Source: Harriotta raleighana (taxonomy: Eukaryota). From it: DNA of 64,000 nucleotides. Position numbers and translations under genes: made by a program. Below the pieces are notes generated by a model. It saw nothing but the letters and a program-made list of their open reading frames with translations, had not been told where the DNA came from and did no database searches. The stretch spans positions 3,906,403 to 3,970,402 of the forward strand of contig JBNZDD010013679.1 of assembly GCA_050575255.1 (NCBI GenBank), given 5' to 3'. Below, piece by piece: positions 25,601 through 40,600 of this stretch; within the stretch, counting starts at the first letter, position 1; each line of letters opens with the position of its first letter.

Positions 25601-28600
25601 CAACTCCATTCCAGATGGACACACACAAGTATATTTTACTGAAAGACCATTAAACGAAGGGGCAGGGAGACACAAGTATTCACAGCTTCCATTCTTAAAA
25701 TTGGTGCACCCATTTTTGCCTGTAAATAAAACAATGAGGATTGAAATACCTCACATACAAATTCTATCCAATGCAACAGAAAATCAGGACGATTCTCAGG
25801 AGGAGCAAAAATTCCCCATTGTTCAATCCCTTACCAGATAGCTGAACTTGCTCATGAAAAACAATCAAGTCCCGAGGTTCGTTCAGGTTAAAGGCTAAAT
25901 TCACCACATCTTCTCCCGTAAACTTGTTGCTTGCATAGATAGCTTTACTTTCCTCATCAATCCAGAAGGCACGATCCTTGGAGAAGAAAATTTCAAAATA
26001 AAATTACAGGAAAATGCTGAAAAGCAAATGCTCTCCAAGAGAGACTCCCTTGGTCATCTACAAATGTGTGCCCACAGTTCAAGGATGATAAGTGAATCTA
26101 AAAGCAGCACAAACATTGGACACAAGCCATATTCCTCTAAAACTCTCTAGACATATGAATGTAGAATTAATGACCCATTAGCTTTGACTGTTAAAATGTA
26201 CATTGCATCTGACACTGAAGGTTAATATTTCTTCTCCCTCCCAAAATGTAAACAGGTGCTTAATTTAATAACAAACTTCAGATCCTCTATATACTGTACA
26301 TTACTTATTTTACCAACATAGTAATTCTTCTCAGCCACCTCTAAAATGTCTTAGTTGTATTTGTACATACGGCTACAGGACGGTAGCTTGACATTAGATG
26401 ATTATAACCAAATTAAATAAAATATTTTTAATAAATACTTTGTCACATATTTTGGAAAGTTACGCCTTACCTCAAACAGTGAGACAGCAGAAGGATGAGC
26501 AAGGAATTGTGTCGAATAGAGCACTGTTCTTCTATTTTGACCATCTAGGTCCACACTGGACAAGGTGTGCAGTTTTGAGTCAACCCAATAGAGGCGGCTT
26601 TTCACATAATCTGGAGGCAAAATATGAATCATTTCAAAGCTAAACACCAGCAATTAAAGATTCAAACTTTTAATTTTTTTAAATTTTAATTGTGACCAAG
26701 GGAGTCTCTATTCACCAAGTGCAATGCCATTTGGCCATTGAATCTTTTTGTTCACTAAAAGCTGGCGATCACCACCATTTAAGGCTGCTTTTTCAATTGC
26801 TGCTGGCTCACCCCAGTCTGACCAATAAATAAACCTTTAAGACAAAAAAAGTTCAAATTACAAATAACCTTTGAATACAAGGTGCTTTATCATCTCCAAG
26901 TACATAATTCACATTAATCTACAACACTGATTGGTTAGTTTTTACACCAAGATATTTGAGATGGCCTTTTGACATGAAGCGCTAAATCAAACATGGCGAT
27001 AATCGCGAATGCTTTACTACAAAAGCAATTTTGTAGATTAACAGTTTTGCCACTTTGAGTATAGAGTGACCATTGCAATTTCACAATTTAGTTTAAATGT
27101 GAACAATTGAGTGGGAGGCACCAATGCATAAATAAATGCTACATACAAACTTCAAAGGACAAAGCCCGAGTATTTAAGGATTTAGTTGAATTTAACCAAT
27201 ATATTTGGTTGAAGACAGGGAATTCTAATCCAAGTAGAAACTATTCCCATTGAAGAACTTTGACTTGATCTATCAGCCACTGTAATTGATAGGGAAGCCG
27301 ACAGAGCTGGCAAGGGTTTGTAAGCCACTGTAAACAAACTACAAATCTCTATTGTGAAATTAGGTTAAACTGGTTAACCTCCCATTGTATCCCTATCATC
27401 TCCCTGCATTATCAGCTGGAATACAGTAGACCAAAGCCAATGTCGCCACACTAAACCTGACAAGAGGCATTTTATATGCCTGGAAACAGTCCCTCACTTT
27501 GCTTTCCCTTACAGGCTGAATACTGTACTTTGCTTAACCTTGCTACAAACAGCACAAGAGGCTGAATAATTAGCAGTTTAATTGGCAGAGGATCGGTTCT
27601 TAGAATCGGCATCTAATGTCATTGCAGTCAACAACAACAAAATTGGCGNCTTAGAATCGGCATCTAATGTCATTGCAGTCAGCAACAACTAAAATTTTGT
27701 ACTCATTTAATGGAGAGATTTTCTAACAAAATATTTAACTGTACACGGCATTTCTTGGAATTGCATAAAAAATGGCAGTTAATAAGTATTGTACCCAGTT
27801 AGTGGATCGACTGCTATTGAAGCCGGTTCTCTTAGACCTGTGCCAATGAGTATCATCTTTTTGGTTCCATCAAAAGTAGCCACAGATATGGTTTTAGTTC
27901 CACGATCAGTCCAGTAGATATGTTTGTAGACCCAGTCCACAGCAATTCCCACAGGCATTTCAACATCGGCAACTCTGGAAATGCTGAGTTCACCTTCCTG
28001 TTTATCTGTGGACACACTGCCAAATGGTTTCAGTGGTTAATTACTATTCCCTTCACAAGACCCAACCAGTCAGATTTAAATGGTCGCCAGCTTTAATGAA
28101 ACAGTGTACTTTCAGAAAAGCTGAGCTTTATTTATTCCAATTCAATGCTGATACACCTTAGGTTGGTTCTAGCTACCGCCCCATCTCCAATCTCCCATTC
28201 CTCTCTAAGTCTCTGGAACGAGTCATTGAGTCCCAGCTTCACTCTTTTCTTTCACACTATTCCCTCTTTGAACCCTTCTAACAGTCCTGGTCAAAGTCTC
28301 TAATGACGTTCTAAATGTCTGCGATCAGGGCTCTCTCTGCCTCATTGGCCTCCTTGACCTCTCTGCTGCCTTTGATACTATTGAGCATTCCATCCTGCTA
28401 CACCACCTCCCAGCTCAATCTTCATGGACCTTCCCTTGCTTAGTTCGAATCTTGCCTCTCCCACTGCCTCCACTTTATCGCCACCAATGGCTTCTCTTCC
28501 AGCCCCCGCACTGTCACCTGTGACGTCCCCCAGGGCTGCATCCTTGGCCCCCTACTTTTTAACATCTACATGCTCCCCCTTGGTGACATCATCTGCAGAC

Positions 28601-31600
28601 ATGGGGTTAACTTACACATGTATGTGGATGACACCCAACTCTATCTTTCTGCCTCTACTCTCAACTCCAGAAACACTGTTGTCCTGACAGACTGCCTGTC
28701 AGACGTCAAGTCCTGGATGAGAGATATCTTTCTACAGTTGAACGTCAAGAAGAGCAAAGCCCTCCTGATTGGTTTCCGCATGTACCTTCATGCATCAGGC
28801 ACAGGCAGCATCAACCTCCATGGTTTCACACTCAGCCTCACCAAGCCAGTCAGGAACCTAGGTGGCTTGTTTGATCCTTAACTGTCTTTCCTCCCCCAGA
28901 TCCAAGCCATGACCTGTTCTGCCTTCCCTCACCTCCACAATATTGCTTGCTTCTGCCACTATCTCACTCCTCAGGCCACTGAAACCCTCATTCACGCCTT
29001 CATCACATCCTAGCTCAACTACATAAATGCTCTGCTTGTCAGCCTTTCCAATTCCTCGCTCCATAGGTTACCGATAATCCAGAACTTGGCTCGTGTCCTC
29101 TACCACTATAAGCTTCATAACCCCATCTCCCCCATCCTCACCCTACTCCATTGGCTCCCCATCACCCAGAGCATTCAATTCAAGATCCTGGTCCTCACCT
29201 TCAAAGCCCTCCATAGCCCCACCCCACCCTACCTCTGCGACCTCCTAACCCCCTTACCAACCTGCTCGCGCCTGCTCTCAGCAGACTCCGGCTTGCTCCA
29301 TGTCCCCTGACCCACCTTNCCTACTCCATTGGCTCCCCATCACCCAGAGCATTCAATTCAAGATCCTGGCCCTCACCTTCAAAGCCCTCCATGGCCCCAC
29401 CCCACCCTTCCTCTGCGACCTCCTAACTCCCTTACCAACCTGCTCGCACCCTGCTCTCAGCAGACTCCGGCTTGCTCCATGTCCCCTGGCCCACCTGNTC
29501 AGCAGACTCCGGCTTGCTCCATGTCCCCTGACCCACCTTCCCCATCATTGGCGGGCAAGACTTCAGCCACTCTGCCTCCAACCTCTGGAATTCCAACCTG
29601 CAGTACCTCCACCTTACCCCCTCCCTCAAGACTCTCCTCTTCGATGGTCCCATTGTTCATCCCAAATACCCCCTTTTCCCTCCACCCTCCCAGTTCAGGT
29701 CTGAAACAATGACTGTCCAGCACTTTGGCAAGTCCTCCTGACATGAAAGTCACTGTACAAGCGTAATTTTGTTGTTGGTATTGTTGTAATAGCATTGCAT
29801 CTTAAAGACCATTAACAAAATATGTGCGATGAAAACACGAAGGACAGTGACACACTGGTCTTTCTCATGAACAAGTTTACCCATTAGTAACACTTATTAC
29901 CAGTTCCAACTGAACATTATATCAACAATAATGCATTGAGAAAGGTTTAGAAACAAATGTACACAATTTTGTTTTCATCAACGCAATAATAGTATTATAT
30001 AGTGAGTAATGAATGGTAAATTGGTGAGGAAAGGTGCAAAGTATCACGTAATTAGGGCAGAATCAGTTTGTGATTTCTGTAACTAGGGAAAGACTGGAGG
30101 ATTTTCAGAAGTGACAGGAACTGCCAGACATGCCTGAATTACGTTTGTTCACAGAACTACCCAATGCAATGGATTCACCCAGCATTCACTAAGCAATCAA
30201 ATTAGTATATCTGATGGCCAGGAAGCAAATTAGCAGCAGTAGTAAATATCTGGGGTGGTTGGGAGAGAAGAGATGAAAAGAAAGTTGACCTGAATAGCAA
30301 GTTTCCAATCACTGATGTGAAATTCTGTTAGAGTTGTGCTGAATGCACATTGTACAGTTGAGGTCAAACCTAATTATGGCTCAACATTGAATAGCTTGAA
30401 TTACCTGAAAATTGCCTGCTCTCCCAAGTCAGCCCAGAAGATTCTCTGTGCAGCAATGTCAGCATCTAATGCTACTGCATTTCTCAGCTGAACAGCTATC
30501 TGGGTGTACTCTTTGTGGTGGAGTCCCAGCTTCCTGATATCATGGCGATTAGTGAAGATCAAAAAGGGCTCTTTTCCTATGCAATACAATTTACAGATCA
30601 ATCATTCTTGATTTAAGAAGCATTTATATTAAAACGATTTTTTTCTGTGATGCAATGATTTGATGGTGTGTATTCTAAAGATCTTGGCACTATATTAATT
30701 CATTTTTAATCAGAAGTCAGGCATCAAATTACAACCATGCCATTCAAGTTTTCATATTGCTCGTCTGGATTCCAATTAACAAATCGGATATACAGAGATG
30801 GAAGGATCATTAATGCTGTAATAAACATGAACAACTAAATCAGAAAAGAGTGAATGAAGCAAAGATCGAGCAAAGTGAAAGCAAGAAGAATGCAAAATAA
30901 TAATTTTTCCAGTTCATATAGCATATTATCATGTTTGAGAAGTCTCAATGCACTTCACAGAATATACTGTATACTTTGTGAGAAAAATGTGGCAGCCAAT
31001 TACACAAAGCACAAACATTTGTGAATTGAGTGACTTTTTAAAAAAAAGGAATTATTACCTGCGGAAAGGTAATCTGCCAATCGACTAACAACCAGGTTTC
31101 TACTTACTATTAGGTAAACAGTGGCGTGTGGAGTAAGGAAACTTGCTCATCATTTCACCCTGGTGAGTAATCATCCCAGGTCTCTTGCTCACGAGGCGAG
31201 TGCTCTAAGCACTGAGCTACTCTAAAATATATAGGAAGAGTGGATAGACAGGTGTAGTGGCCAACGATCTTCAGATATAAAAATCTGGACATTCACTTTC
31301 TTCATGGCTCTTTGTAGAACATTATTGCGCACAAATTGGCTGTTACATACAAAGTTAGAAGGGTGGTATCCTATATGATATATATGCTCTTACTACTCAC
31401 TGCACAGTAAATCCTGAAAAGTGTATTGATTAATTAGCCTCAAATCGACCGATCATGAAAATGATGGAAAAGTCAATAACAATGCAAGATAGTTGTCCAA
31501 TGTGGAGCTCCTGTGGCTCAGCGGTTAGAGCACTCGCCTTACAAGCGTGAGACCTGTGTTCGAATCCAGACAGAGCAGGACGAAACCCTGGGCAAGTTTT

Positions 31601-34600
31601 TTTACTCCACATGCCTAATAATAATCCCTCAAAAAAAAAACACAAATTGGTGATTTCAATCCACGACTGTTTGTGGGACACCGCTGTGCGCAATTGGCTG
31701 CCGCATTTCACACACAAACATAGTCAATTCACTTTATAGTATATTCTGTGAAGCGCTTTGAGACGTCGATAAGATGTGAAAGCGCTCTATCAAATGCAAG
31801 GATTATTATTATTATAATGTCTTTCAGCTTTACTTACCTAATGTCTTACAAACTCCATTTGCTTGATCCATGTGATATCCTGCATGGCATTCACATATAT
31901 AGCTTCCTTTTATATTGGTGCAGATTTGACTGCAAATTTCAGGGGTTTGACATTCATCAACATCTGCATAGAAATGTTACAATATTGTTTCAGTCTATAA
32001 GTTATCTGTTTTCTTTTCACTGCTACAAGAAACAGGATCAGTTAACTTGCCTTCACATATTTTGGTTTCAACCAATTCAAAGCCAAAAGGGCATTCACAT
32101 TCATAACCAATGACCAGGTCCCTGCAGATGTCAGAGCAGCCACCATTGTTGTCCAAGCACTCATTGATGTCTACAGAAAGAATAACGCAAGCAAATCAAT
32201 TGATTGGTTAATGCATCCCAGTCTCTTCATTTCACTCCTTCCCATGACTCCTTGAAGGAGTGGAGTCCTGTAGTTCAGTGGTGAGAGCATTCGCCTTACA
32301 AGCGTGAGACCTGTGTTTCGAATCGATACAGGTCAGGGCAAAACCTTGGGCAAGTTTCCTTACTCAACACGCCTAATAATGTTAACAAAAAATCCTATCA
32401 GAAATTGGTCAAAGCACGATTGTTTGTGGGACACTGCTGTGCGCAATTAGCTGCTGCGTTTCACCCACAAATGTACTGTCAATTCACTTTGCAGAATATT
32501 CTGTAAACGCTTTGAGACGTCTAGAAGACATGAAAACGCTATATCAAATGCAATGATTATTATTACTGTATTATTATTATAATAAGGCTTGTCTCAAAAC
32601 GCTTCCTTGACTGCGCCTCTGGTACCCCTCCTACTCCTGACGTCTCACCCCTCCTGATCTCAATCCTCTGCTTGAGTCCAAACTCTTAACTATTCAGCAC
32701 CCTGGGGTGTCCTCCTAGTGTGAAAGGCATGATACAAATACAATTTGTTGTTGTACCTCAGTAATAGTTAAGTTTAAAAAATAGGGAAAATAAATATGAT
32801 TGTGGACAAATCAAGTTCATGTTACTTTTGACACTTTCCAAATTACTTACAACATTTCTTGAGTAGCTCATCACTCCAATCCTTACAGTCCTGGTGTTGG
32901 TTGCATACTTGAGTCATATTTATACATTCTCCACTCAAGCATTTGAAGTTAGCAGGTCCTGTACACTTTGCAACTGCTGAAAGGAAAAATGAATTTCTTT
33001 ATGCTGCAGAAACAACCACAAAATTAGTCACTGAAGCAGTGCAATTGTGCACTTACTCTGTTCACAGTTGACTTCATCACTCCCATCTGCACAATCCCCA
33101 ATTCCATTGCATTGAATGCGTCCAACAATGCAGATGCCATCACCACACCTGAATTGATCAGGTCTGCACACTTGAGCTAAAATCAGACATTAAATTCCAT
33201 GAGAAATGGGGTCAGATTATAAGAAATTCACAAGATGGTCATTCGTACATTGCAATTACAAACTTACCTTTCACACAGTTGACTTCATCACTCCCATCTG
33301 TACAATCTCCAATTCCATTGCATTGGCTGCTTCCAATAACACAGCTGCCATCATTACAACTGAATTGATCAGGTTTGCATGTTTGAGGAGCTGAAATCAT
33401 GAGCATAGGTACTGAAGATTACAGATCAATTCAAATCCTTTACTTGGAAGTTTTGCTATAAACGGCCCTCAAGTAAACCATCATCATTCTTAAGTATTGC
33501 AGCAAACAGAATTTGAGCAATTGGAATGGTCATATAAATGATCCTTGTATTTGATATACTGTCATGCTTTTCACGTCTTCTAGACATCTCAAAGCGCTTC
33601 ACAGAATATACTGTAAAGTGAATTGACAATATTTGTGGGTGAAACGCGGCAGCCAATTTGGCACAGTTGTGGATTGAAAATAACCAATTTATCACAGTTT
33701 TTTTTTGAGGGATTATTATTAGGCATGTGGAGCATGTCAAATCCTGACCTGTCTGGATTCGAAACACAGGTCTCACGCTTGTAAGGCGAGTGCTCTAATC
33801 ACTGTGCTACAGACTCCAGGTATAATTGTTGATTGATTGATTATCCATATTTAGGTATAATCCAAATTTGTCCCATATACACTTGGACTGTTACTAAGCA
33901 TTGGTGACAGAAGCGAAGTACTAAACAAGGGAAGATAATAATATTCCTTGCATTTGCTATTGTGCTTTTTATATCTTCTAGATGTCTCAAAGAGCTTCAC
34001 AGAATATATTGAAAAGGTAGTTGCTCCTGGTGCCTTGGACAACTATTTTTTGGTTATTCAGGGTCTGACATGTGGAAATCACCATTCAAACCAAACAGCA
34101 TTGCATTTGTGCATGCATATGTATGCATGGAAATTCCAGGGTCTGATATAGAACACGATCTCTCTCTCTGCGGAGGAGGCTTCCTGCTTGCCTAGCTTTG
34201 GACTACTTTAAACACAAGTTGGCAAGAGAAAAGGCTTTGGGATCCCAGAGGGTGCATTGGGATTCTGCTGAGGTTTAAGGAGTTAACACTGAAATAGCTT
34301 GCCATCTAAAGCACTGTTTCCTGCTGCTAGGATTACACGATCCAATAGGGATTTAACTTGCGGTATTAAGAGGAATTGAAGCAGAAGAATCCTTGCTCCT
34401 AATGAAAATTCAGATTAGTCATTCACATCGCAGCTGTTAGCACACAATACTTTGCAACATACAAGGCTCTATACAAAATATTTTCGTGCTCATTGAACAG
34501 AAGTTTCCCATTAAGAAAGATCTGGGTGAACTTGAGCAGCAGTGAAACACAGCCGTCAGAGTAGGGAGTGAACAGAGCACGTCTGAACATATCAGGAGCA

Positions 34601-37600
34601 TTGGAATGTAGAAACAAACTACTTACGACAGTCAATTTCGTCAGATCCATCCTTGCAATCGGCATCACCATCACAGTACCATTGCCGGTGGATACATTCA
34701 CCAGAATCACATTGCATCTCATTTGAAGAACATAACTTAGGAGGGGGGAATGTGTATCCACAGTGCCCTGGAGATTCGTCAGACTGATCAGTACAGTCAG
34801 CATTATGGTCACACACCCAGTTCACAGGGATACACTCAGAATTGCTGCACTGAAATTCATGCAGGCCACAGGGAGAAGCTGCACAGCCTTGTTCATCACT
34901 TCCATCACCACAGTCGTCCTCCCCATTGCAGATAAAGGTCTTGGAAACACATCGACCACTAGAGCATGTGAACTCTACTGGACTGCAAGTAAAGCGGCCT
35001 AAAAGGATGGAATGGGAAAAGAAAAGCTTTTTGTAAAAGGAAGTTAAGACAGTTCCTTTAAACAAATGTGATCTAATTTGCAATACATCACAAGATTTGT
35101 TGATTAGTAGAAGCAAATCCAACTGATTTTCAGGAACTCATCACAGTTAATTATACGTTAAGTGTAGATAAGTTACTCTTGGAAAAGGCTTTGGGATATA
35201 ATTCAAAACACCTGAAGAAAAGTCTCTACTCACAAGTTTATGATCTCAGCTGTTCTGTTGGAATTTGGTAATTTGAGTTAGCACTAGAGAAAATGCTAGT
35301 CAACCAGACTATGAAAACCTCAGTAGCTCTCTAATGACCCCCAGGGAAGGAAATGTACTTTCCTTGCCCAGTCTGACCTATGTGCCACTTGCATCTCATC
35401 CTTTAAGGTTGATCAAACAAGTCACCCAGCTGTAACAAACACACTAGACAAGAGCATGTTCTCTTGCTACTCACTTACCAAAGAATCCATAATTTGAATT
35501 CCTCCCCCTTTAATCTTCTGTTCTATCTTAATTATAACCCACATTGTTATCCTTTTACCACAAGGCGACCAACAACTTGAACTTATAAAGCACCCTCCAC
35601 GCAGAGTAGTGTCTCAGAGCACTTAACAGTGGTAGAATCTGATTTTCAGGTGTAGGGAGATAGCCCTAAACAAGGTTGAAGAGGTAGGTTTTCAGATGGG
35701 ATTTGAAAAAGGGGAGAGAGGAGGTAAGAAACAAGCAGGCGGCTGGTGGCAGTCGAGCAGAAGTGACGGATGGTGGATTGATGATGTCGGGGAAGGAGGT
35801 ATCGGTAGATGAATGGATTTGAACACTTGAGTACTTCCTACAAAACTACATGCAGTGTTCAGAGTCAAAAAATAATGATCCTAAAATTACAAGGTATTGG
35901 TTTATTCCTTATTATCCCTGAAAATAAACCTAGGTTTTAAATAGCAATGTCTACTTACACATCTGCTTTTGAGAGCCAGATATACTATAGACCAATTTCA
36001 TTATAAATGTCTTCTGGCATTTTGTACAAGGTAGCTATTCTGGTGTATTACTTTAATTTTGTGCAACACTGAATACAAGTAATTGTCTTAAATTTTGATG
36101 TCCAATTTTCTCTTTCATTAAATCTGCTCCAGCCTCCTCACATTGGGGTATGGTTCCCTTACAGTATCCCACCAAGATACCCATTCATTTGTGAATCTTG
36201 GCAGTGAGTACTGTCAGGCCATCTCACTGTATGTGTCCCAGATGAGCCTGGCTGCCACATCTGAAAATCTTTTGAGGTTAGGTTTCTCCCATACAACTAG
36301 AGCTGATTGAGCTGACAGGGATTTGAACATACTGTAATGTTTCTTAATGAGGTGTAAAATTCTCTCTTTCCCAAACAATTAGATATGCTGACATTCACAC
36401 ATATTCAAAGATGGCAGTGGGGAGGGGGGAAGAGAAAGAAGAAAAGGGTTTTGCCCCAGGCTGGAGTAAATACTTTCTCAACGTACCACAGTCTCTCTCA
36501 TCATTACCAGTTTCACAGTCTATCTCTCCATTACATTTCCAGGCAACTGGGATACATTGCAATGACCCAGGGCCACAGCTGATCTCATTTATGGGACACT
36601 TCTTCATATCTGAAAGATAAATATAGTGAAGTTCCTGTGAATGCTGAATCAATTTAGAAAGAAAACAGCAAAGTTATTATTTATAGCAAATGACCAGCTT
36701 TCTTATGTATGCTATGTCTTGTTGACAGTCATTAAAACACACACAATTGGATCTCAGATAAGTGTTTATTGATCTGAGATTTATCTCTGCGCATTGGGAT
36801 GTCCTCCTGAAGTGAAAGGCACTCTAAAAATGTAATTTTGTTGTTGTTTATGGAAACTGGGATGCCATTCTAAGAGTGACGTCAACACAAAATAGCCTGA
36901 ATCACACAGCAAAGACAAAATAATTAATCACAACATTTCACATCAGCCCATTATGATTCGCAGGACTGTCTGATACAGCAACAACAAAATTACATTTGTA
37001 GAGCGCCTTTCACATCAGGATGACATCCCAAGGCGTTGAACAGTCAGAGTTTAGAACCTGAGCATGAGGGAGGGCAGAGAGGTAAGGGGGCAGCTGAAGG
37101 CATTGCCAAAAAGCAGGGACTTGAGTCGAGCATTGAAGGAGGCAAGGGAGGGAGCAAGGCGAAGGGATTATGGAATGGAGTTCCAAAGAGTGCTGACAGC
37201 GAGGCTGAAGGCCTGGCTGCAGATGGAAGGGTGGGTCGGACAGGCTACATGGAGGTCGGAGACTGCTGAACGGAGGGAGCGGACAGGTTGAAAGGTGGTC
37301 AACAGGTCAGAGAATTGGGGGGGGGGGTAGGCTAGTAAGGCTGTGGAAGTGAGGACGAAGATTTTGAATTCTATCCTCTGAGCAATGGGGAGCCAGGTGG
37401 TGTGTGTAAGATTATATTAGTGATGCTTACTGTTTAAGAGTTTTAATTAGTATACTTTTAAAATACTGTATAACTGAACACTTATAATATGGTTAGTACA
37501 GTATTCCTTATTCATAAGGGCATAGACAGACTGTTTTCAATTACTCATTTAGGGTAATCTCTCATGTGGAGATTTTGATCAAAAGTTAGTCTAACTCTGC

Positions 37601-40600
37601 TCCATATGCAAAGATACATGAAGACCTCTTGAAATAAATTATGAAGGAATTCCTGATTTGCAAAGTGAAAGATACATTGGCTTGACCCCAGCTGAGGTCA
37701 GCTTCTGATAACTTTCCCTCATCCGGCATCTGGATTCTATTGGTCATTCTCCCATCTAAGAACTTAGTAATCATGTCCTTGAACACAGATGTGAAAACAG
37801 GGGTGGGGAGGGGTTGGTCAGAGAAGGGCAGCGCACTCCTGGACATCTGACTAGCTCAAGACTAAGCAACAGGAATCCTCCCAATTAGCTGTCCATATCT
37901 CTTTCTCCTTATCAGTTATTTTCTCATGTGAAAAGCGCCTGCTTAAAGATCTTTAGCAGTCTGCGAAGCGTGGGGCTCTCTGTAACCAGGAGAGTGGAGT
38001 TAGAAACACATAAAAGATGTAACTTTGAAATAGTTGGAGTTATGTAGAGGGTCAGCACCCTTTCCCAGTTGAATCATATTGATTCTATTGTATCCATAGT
38101 CTCAGTTTTAAGAATAAAATTAAGATGTTTGTATTACTTAATAAACCTTGGATTATTCGATCACTGTATTAGTTGTCTCCATCCTTGTTCCTTACAAGGG
38201 TGTTGGGGTCATGGAGCCTGGTGCGGGAGAAGATACAAGCTGCAGAGTTTTAGATGATCAGTAGCTTGTGGAAGAAAACGTTGATACGTACATTACGCAC
38301 CACTAGGCAATAGCTGAAACTTCAAACACTGCACTCATTTGCCATCAGTCTTTGGCAGTTAGAATTATCTTACCTATTAGAGTTTAGGATTGATAAACAT
38401 TTATCCTTGCTATCCATCAACAAGACAGATGTACTGTTGCTGCCATTCAGTACTCAACTGAATTAATTGTTGGTGTGCAATTAAAACCATAAACTAAGTC
38501 ATGGTGTACAGTCAAAAAGCAGGCATAAGAACATGTGACTACACGTTTGATAGCTTTTGGAGGGACTTAAAATCTAAGACAATTCAGCTTGAAGAAGTCA
38601 TAGGCTTAAACTTTATTCATTGAAAGCTTCGATAAATTGGTTTGCTGACACCAAAGATGCCTTAGACTTAACTAAAGTACAAGATGCATCTGTATTGACT
38701 CTTATTGTGGGCTCAAATGTAGGTTTTATAATGTATTGTAACTTTTGCTTTTTCATAGAGCATTGTCATAACAAGCATTTATATTGCATCCTTCACACTG
38801 GGTAAAGTATTGAACTTCAAAGCAGAGGGTTGGACAACCACTTCAGAGCAGTGCATAACCTCTGGTAAAAACACTAAACAGGTCCATCAGTAAATAAATC
38901 AACAACAACAACAAAATTACATTTATAGAGAGTTCACGTCAGGAGGACGTCCCAAGGCACTGATAAGATGGGAATGGTTTAAAATAGAACTTACAGCAGA
39001 CTTCTGGACTTTCATCAGATCCATCAGTACAGTCAGTATTCCCATCACACTGCCATCTCTCAGGCACACATTGGCCATTGTAGCACATGAAATCTGATAT
39101 TGTGCAAGTAGACTTAACTAAATGAAATAAGACACAAGTCTGTTGAACGAACATTCAAAATTGCCTCAGGACAGTAGACTATGCAAGAAAACATTGGCCA
39201 AGTTTAAGAAAAACACTCTTGCTGGAATAGGAAACCCAATTAAGAATAACTTTACATAAACCCTTGAGCCCAGATCTTACATTTTTCTATCCTCAAAACT
39301 AGAATCTGGGTTTACAATATTAAAATCATCGGCCACAACTGGGAGAGAGNNNNNNNNNNNNNNNNNNNNNNNNNNNNNNNNNNNNNNNNNNNNNNNNNNN
39401 NNNNNNNNNNNNNNNNNNNNNNNNNNNNNNNNNNNNNNNNNNNNNNNNNNNNNNNNNNNNNNNNNNNNNNNNNNNNNNNNNNNNNNNNNNNNNNNNNNNN
39501 NNNNNNNNNNNNNNNNNNNNNNNNNNNNNNNNNNNNNNNNNNNNNNNNNNNNNNNNNNNNNNNNNNNNNNNNNNNNNNNNNNNNNNNNNNNNNNNNNNNN
39601 NNNNNNNNNNNNNNNNNNNNNNNNNNNNNNNNNNNNNNNNNNNNNNNNNNNNNNNNNNNNNNNNNNNNNNNNNNNNNNNNNNNNNNNNNNNNNNNNNNNN
39701 NNNNNNNNNNNNNNNNNNNNNNNNNNNNNNNNNNNNNNNNNNNNNNNNNNNNNNNNNNNNNNNNNNNNNNNNNNNNNNNNNNNNNNNNNNNNNNNNNNNN
39801 NNNNNNNNNNNNNNNNNNNNNNNNNNNNNNNNNNNNNNNNNNNNNNNNNNNNNNNNNNNNNNNNNNNNNNNNNNNNNNNNNNNNNNNNNNNNNNNNNNNN
39901 NNNNNNNNNNNNNNNNNNNNNNNNNNNNNNNNNNNNNNNNNNNNNNNNNNNNNNNNNNNNNNNNNNNNNNNNNNNNNNNNNNNNNNNNNNNNNNNNNNNN
40001 NNNNNNNNNNNNNNNNNNNNNNNNNNNNNNNNNNNNNNNNNNNNNNNNNNNNNNNNNNNNNNNNNNNTGACGTGAAACACGCTCTATAAATGTAATTTTG
40101 TTGTTGTTGTTGTTGTAATTCAGAGTTTATCATGCACCCAGATTTGACTACAATATAATATTCCTTGCATTTCATATAAAGCCTCATTACATCTTCAAGA
40201 AATCTCAAAGCATTTCACAGAGTATATTGTAAAGTCAATGGACCATATATTTGTGAGCTAATTTTAAGATTATTATTTTAGTATCAAGTATTGAATGGGA
40301 CTCTTGGAAAGTTTCATTATAAAACTCTTGTTAAAGATCCTTCTCTGGACCCGCTGACAAATTCAATCAAGTTCATTGAATAGTTCGTTGTAAAGGTTTA
40401 TTCGCTAGATGACTCAGTTCTAACTGGGTGGGTACAGGCCAAAAAAACTTGCAGTTTAGGCAATTTTTGTCTCCTCTTGTGGAGATTTTAATCAAAGGTT
40501 AGTCTGACCCTTCTCCATATGTGAAGATGCAAGAAGACCTTTTGAAACAAATTATGAAGTAATCCCTTATCTACTATAGCCTAATTGTGTACATTACAAG

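Noticed and set aside
31504-31580. tRNA-like sequence with A/B boxes and a TAC anticodon-like loop
   Set aside because: It is the head of a multi-copy SINE that continues into core and tail, not a tRNA gene.
39277-40208. Long ORFs of 267 and 298 aa
   Set aside because: Consist almost entirely of N-gap codons.
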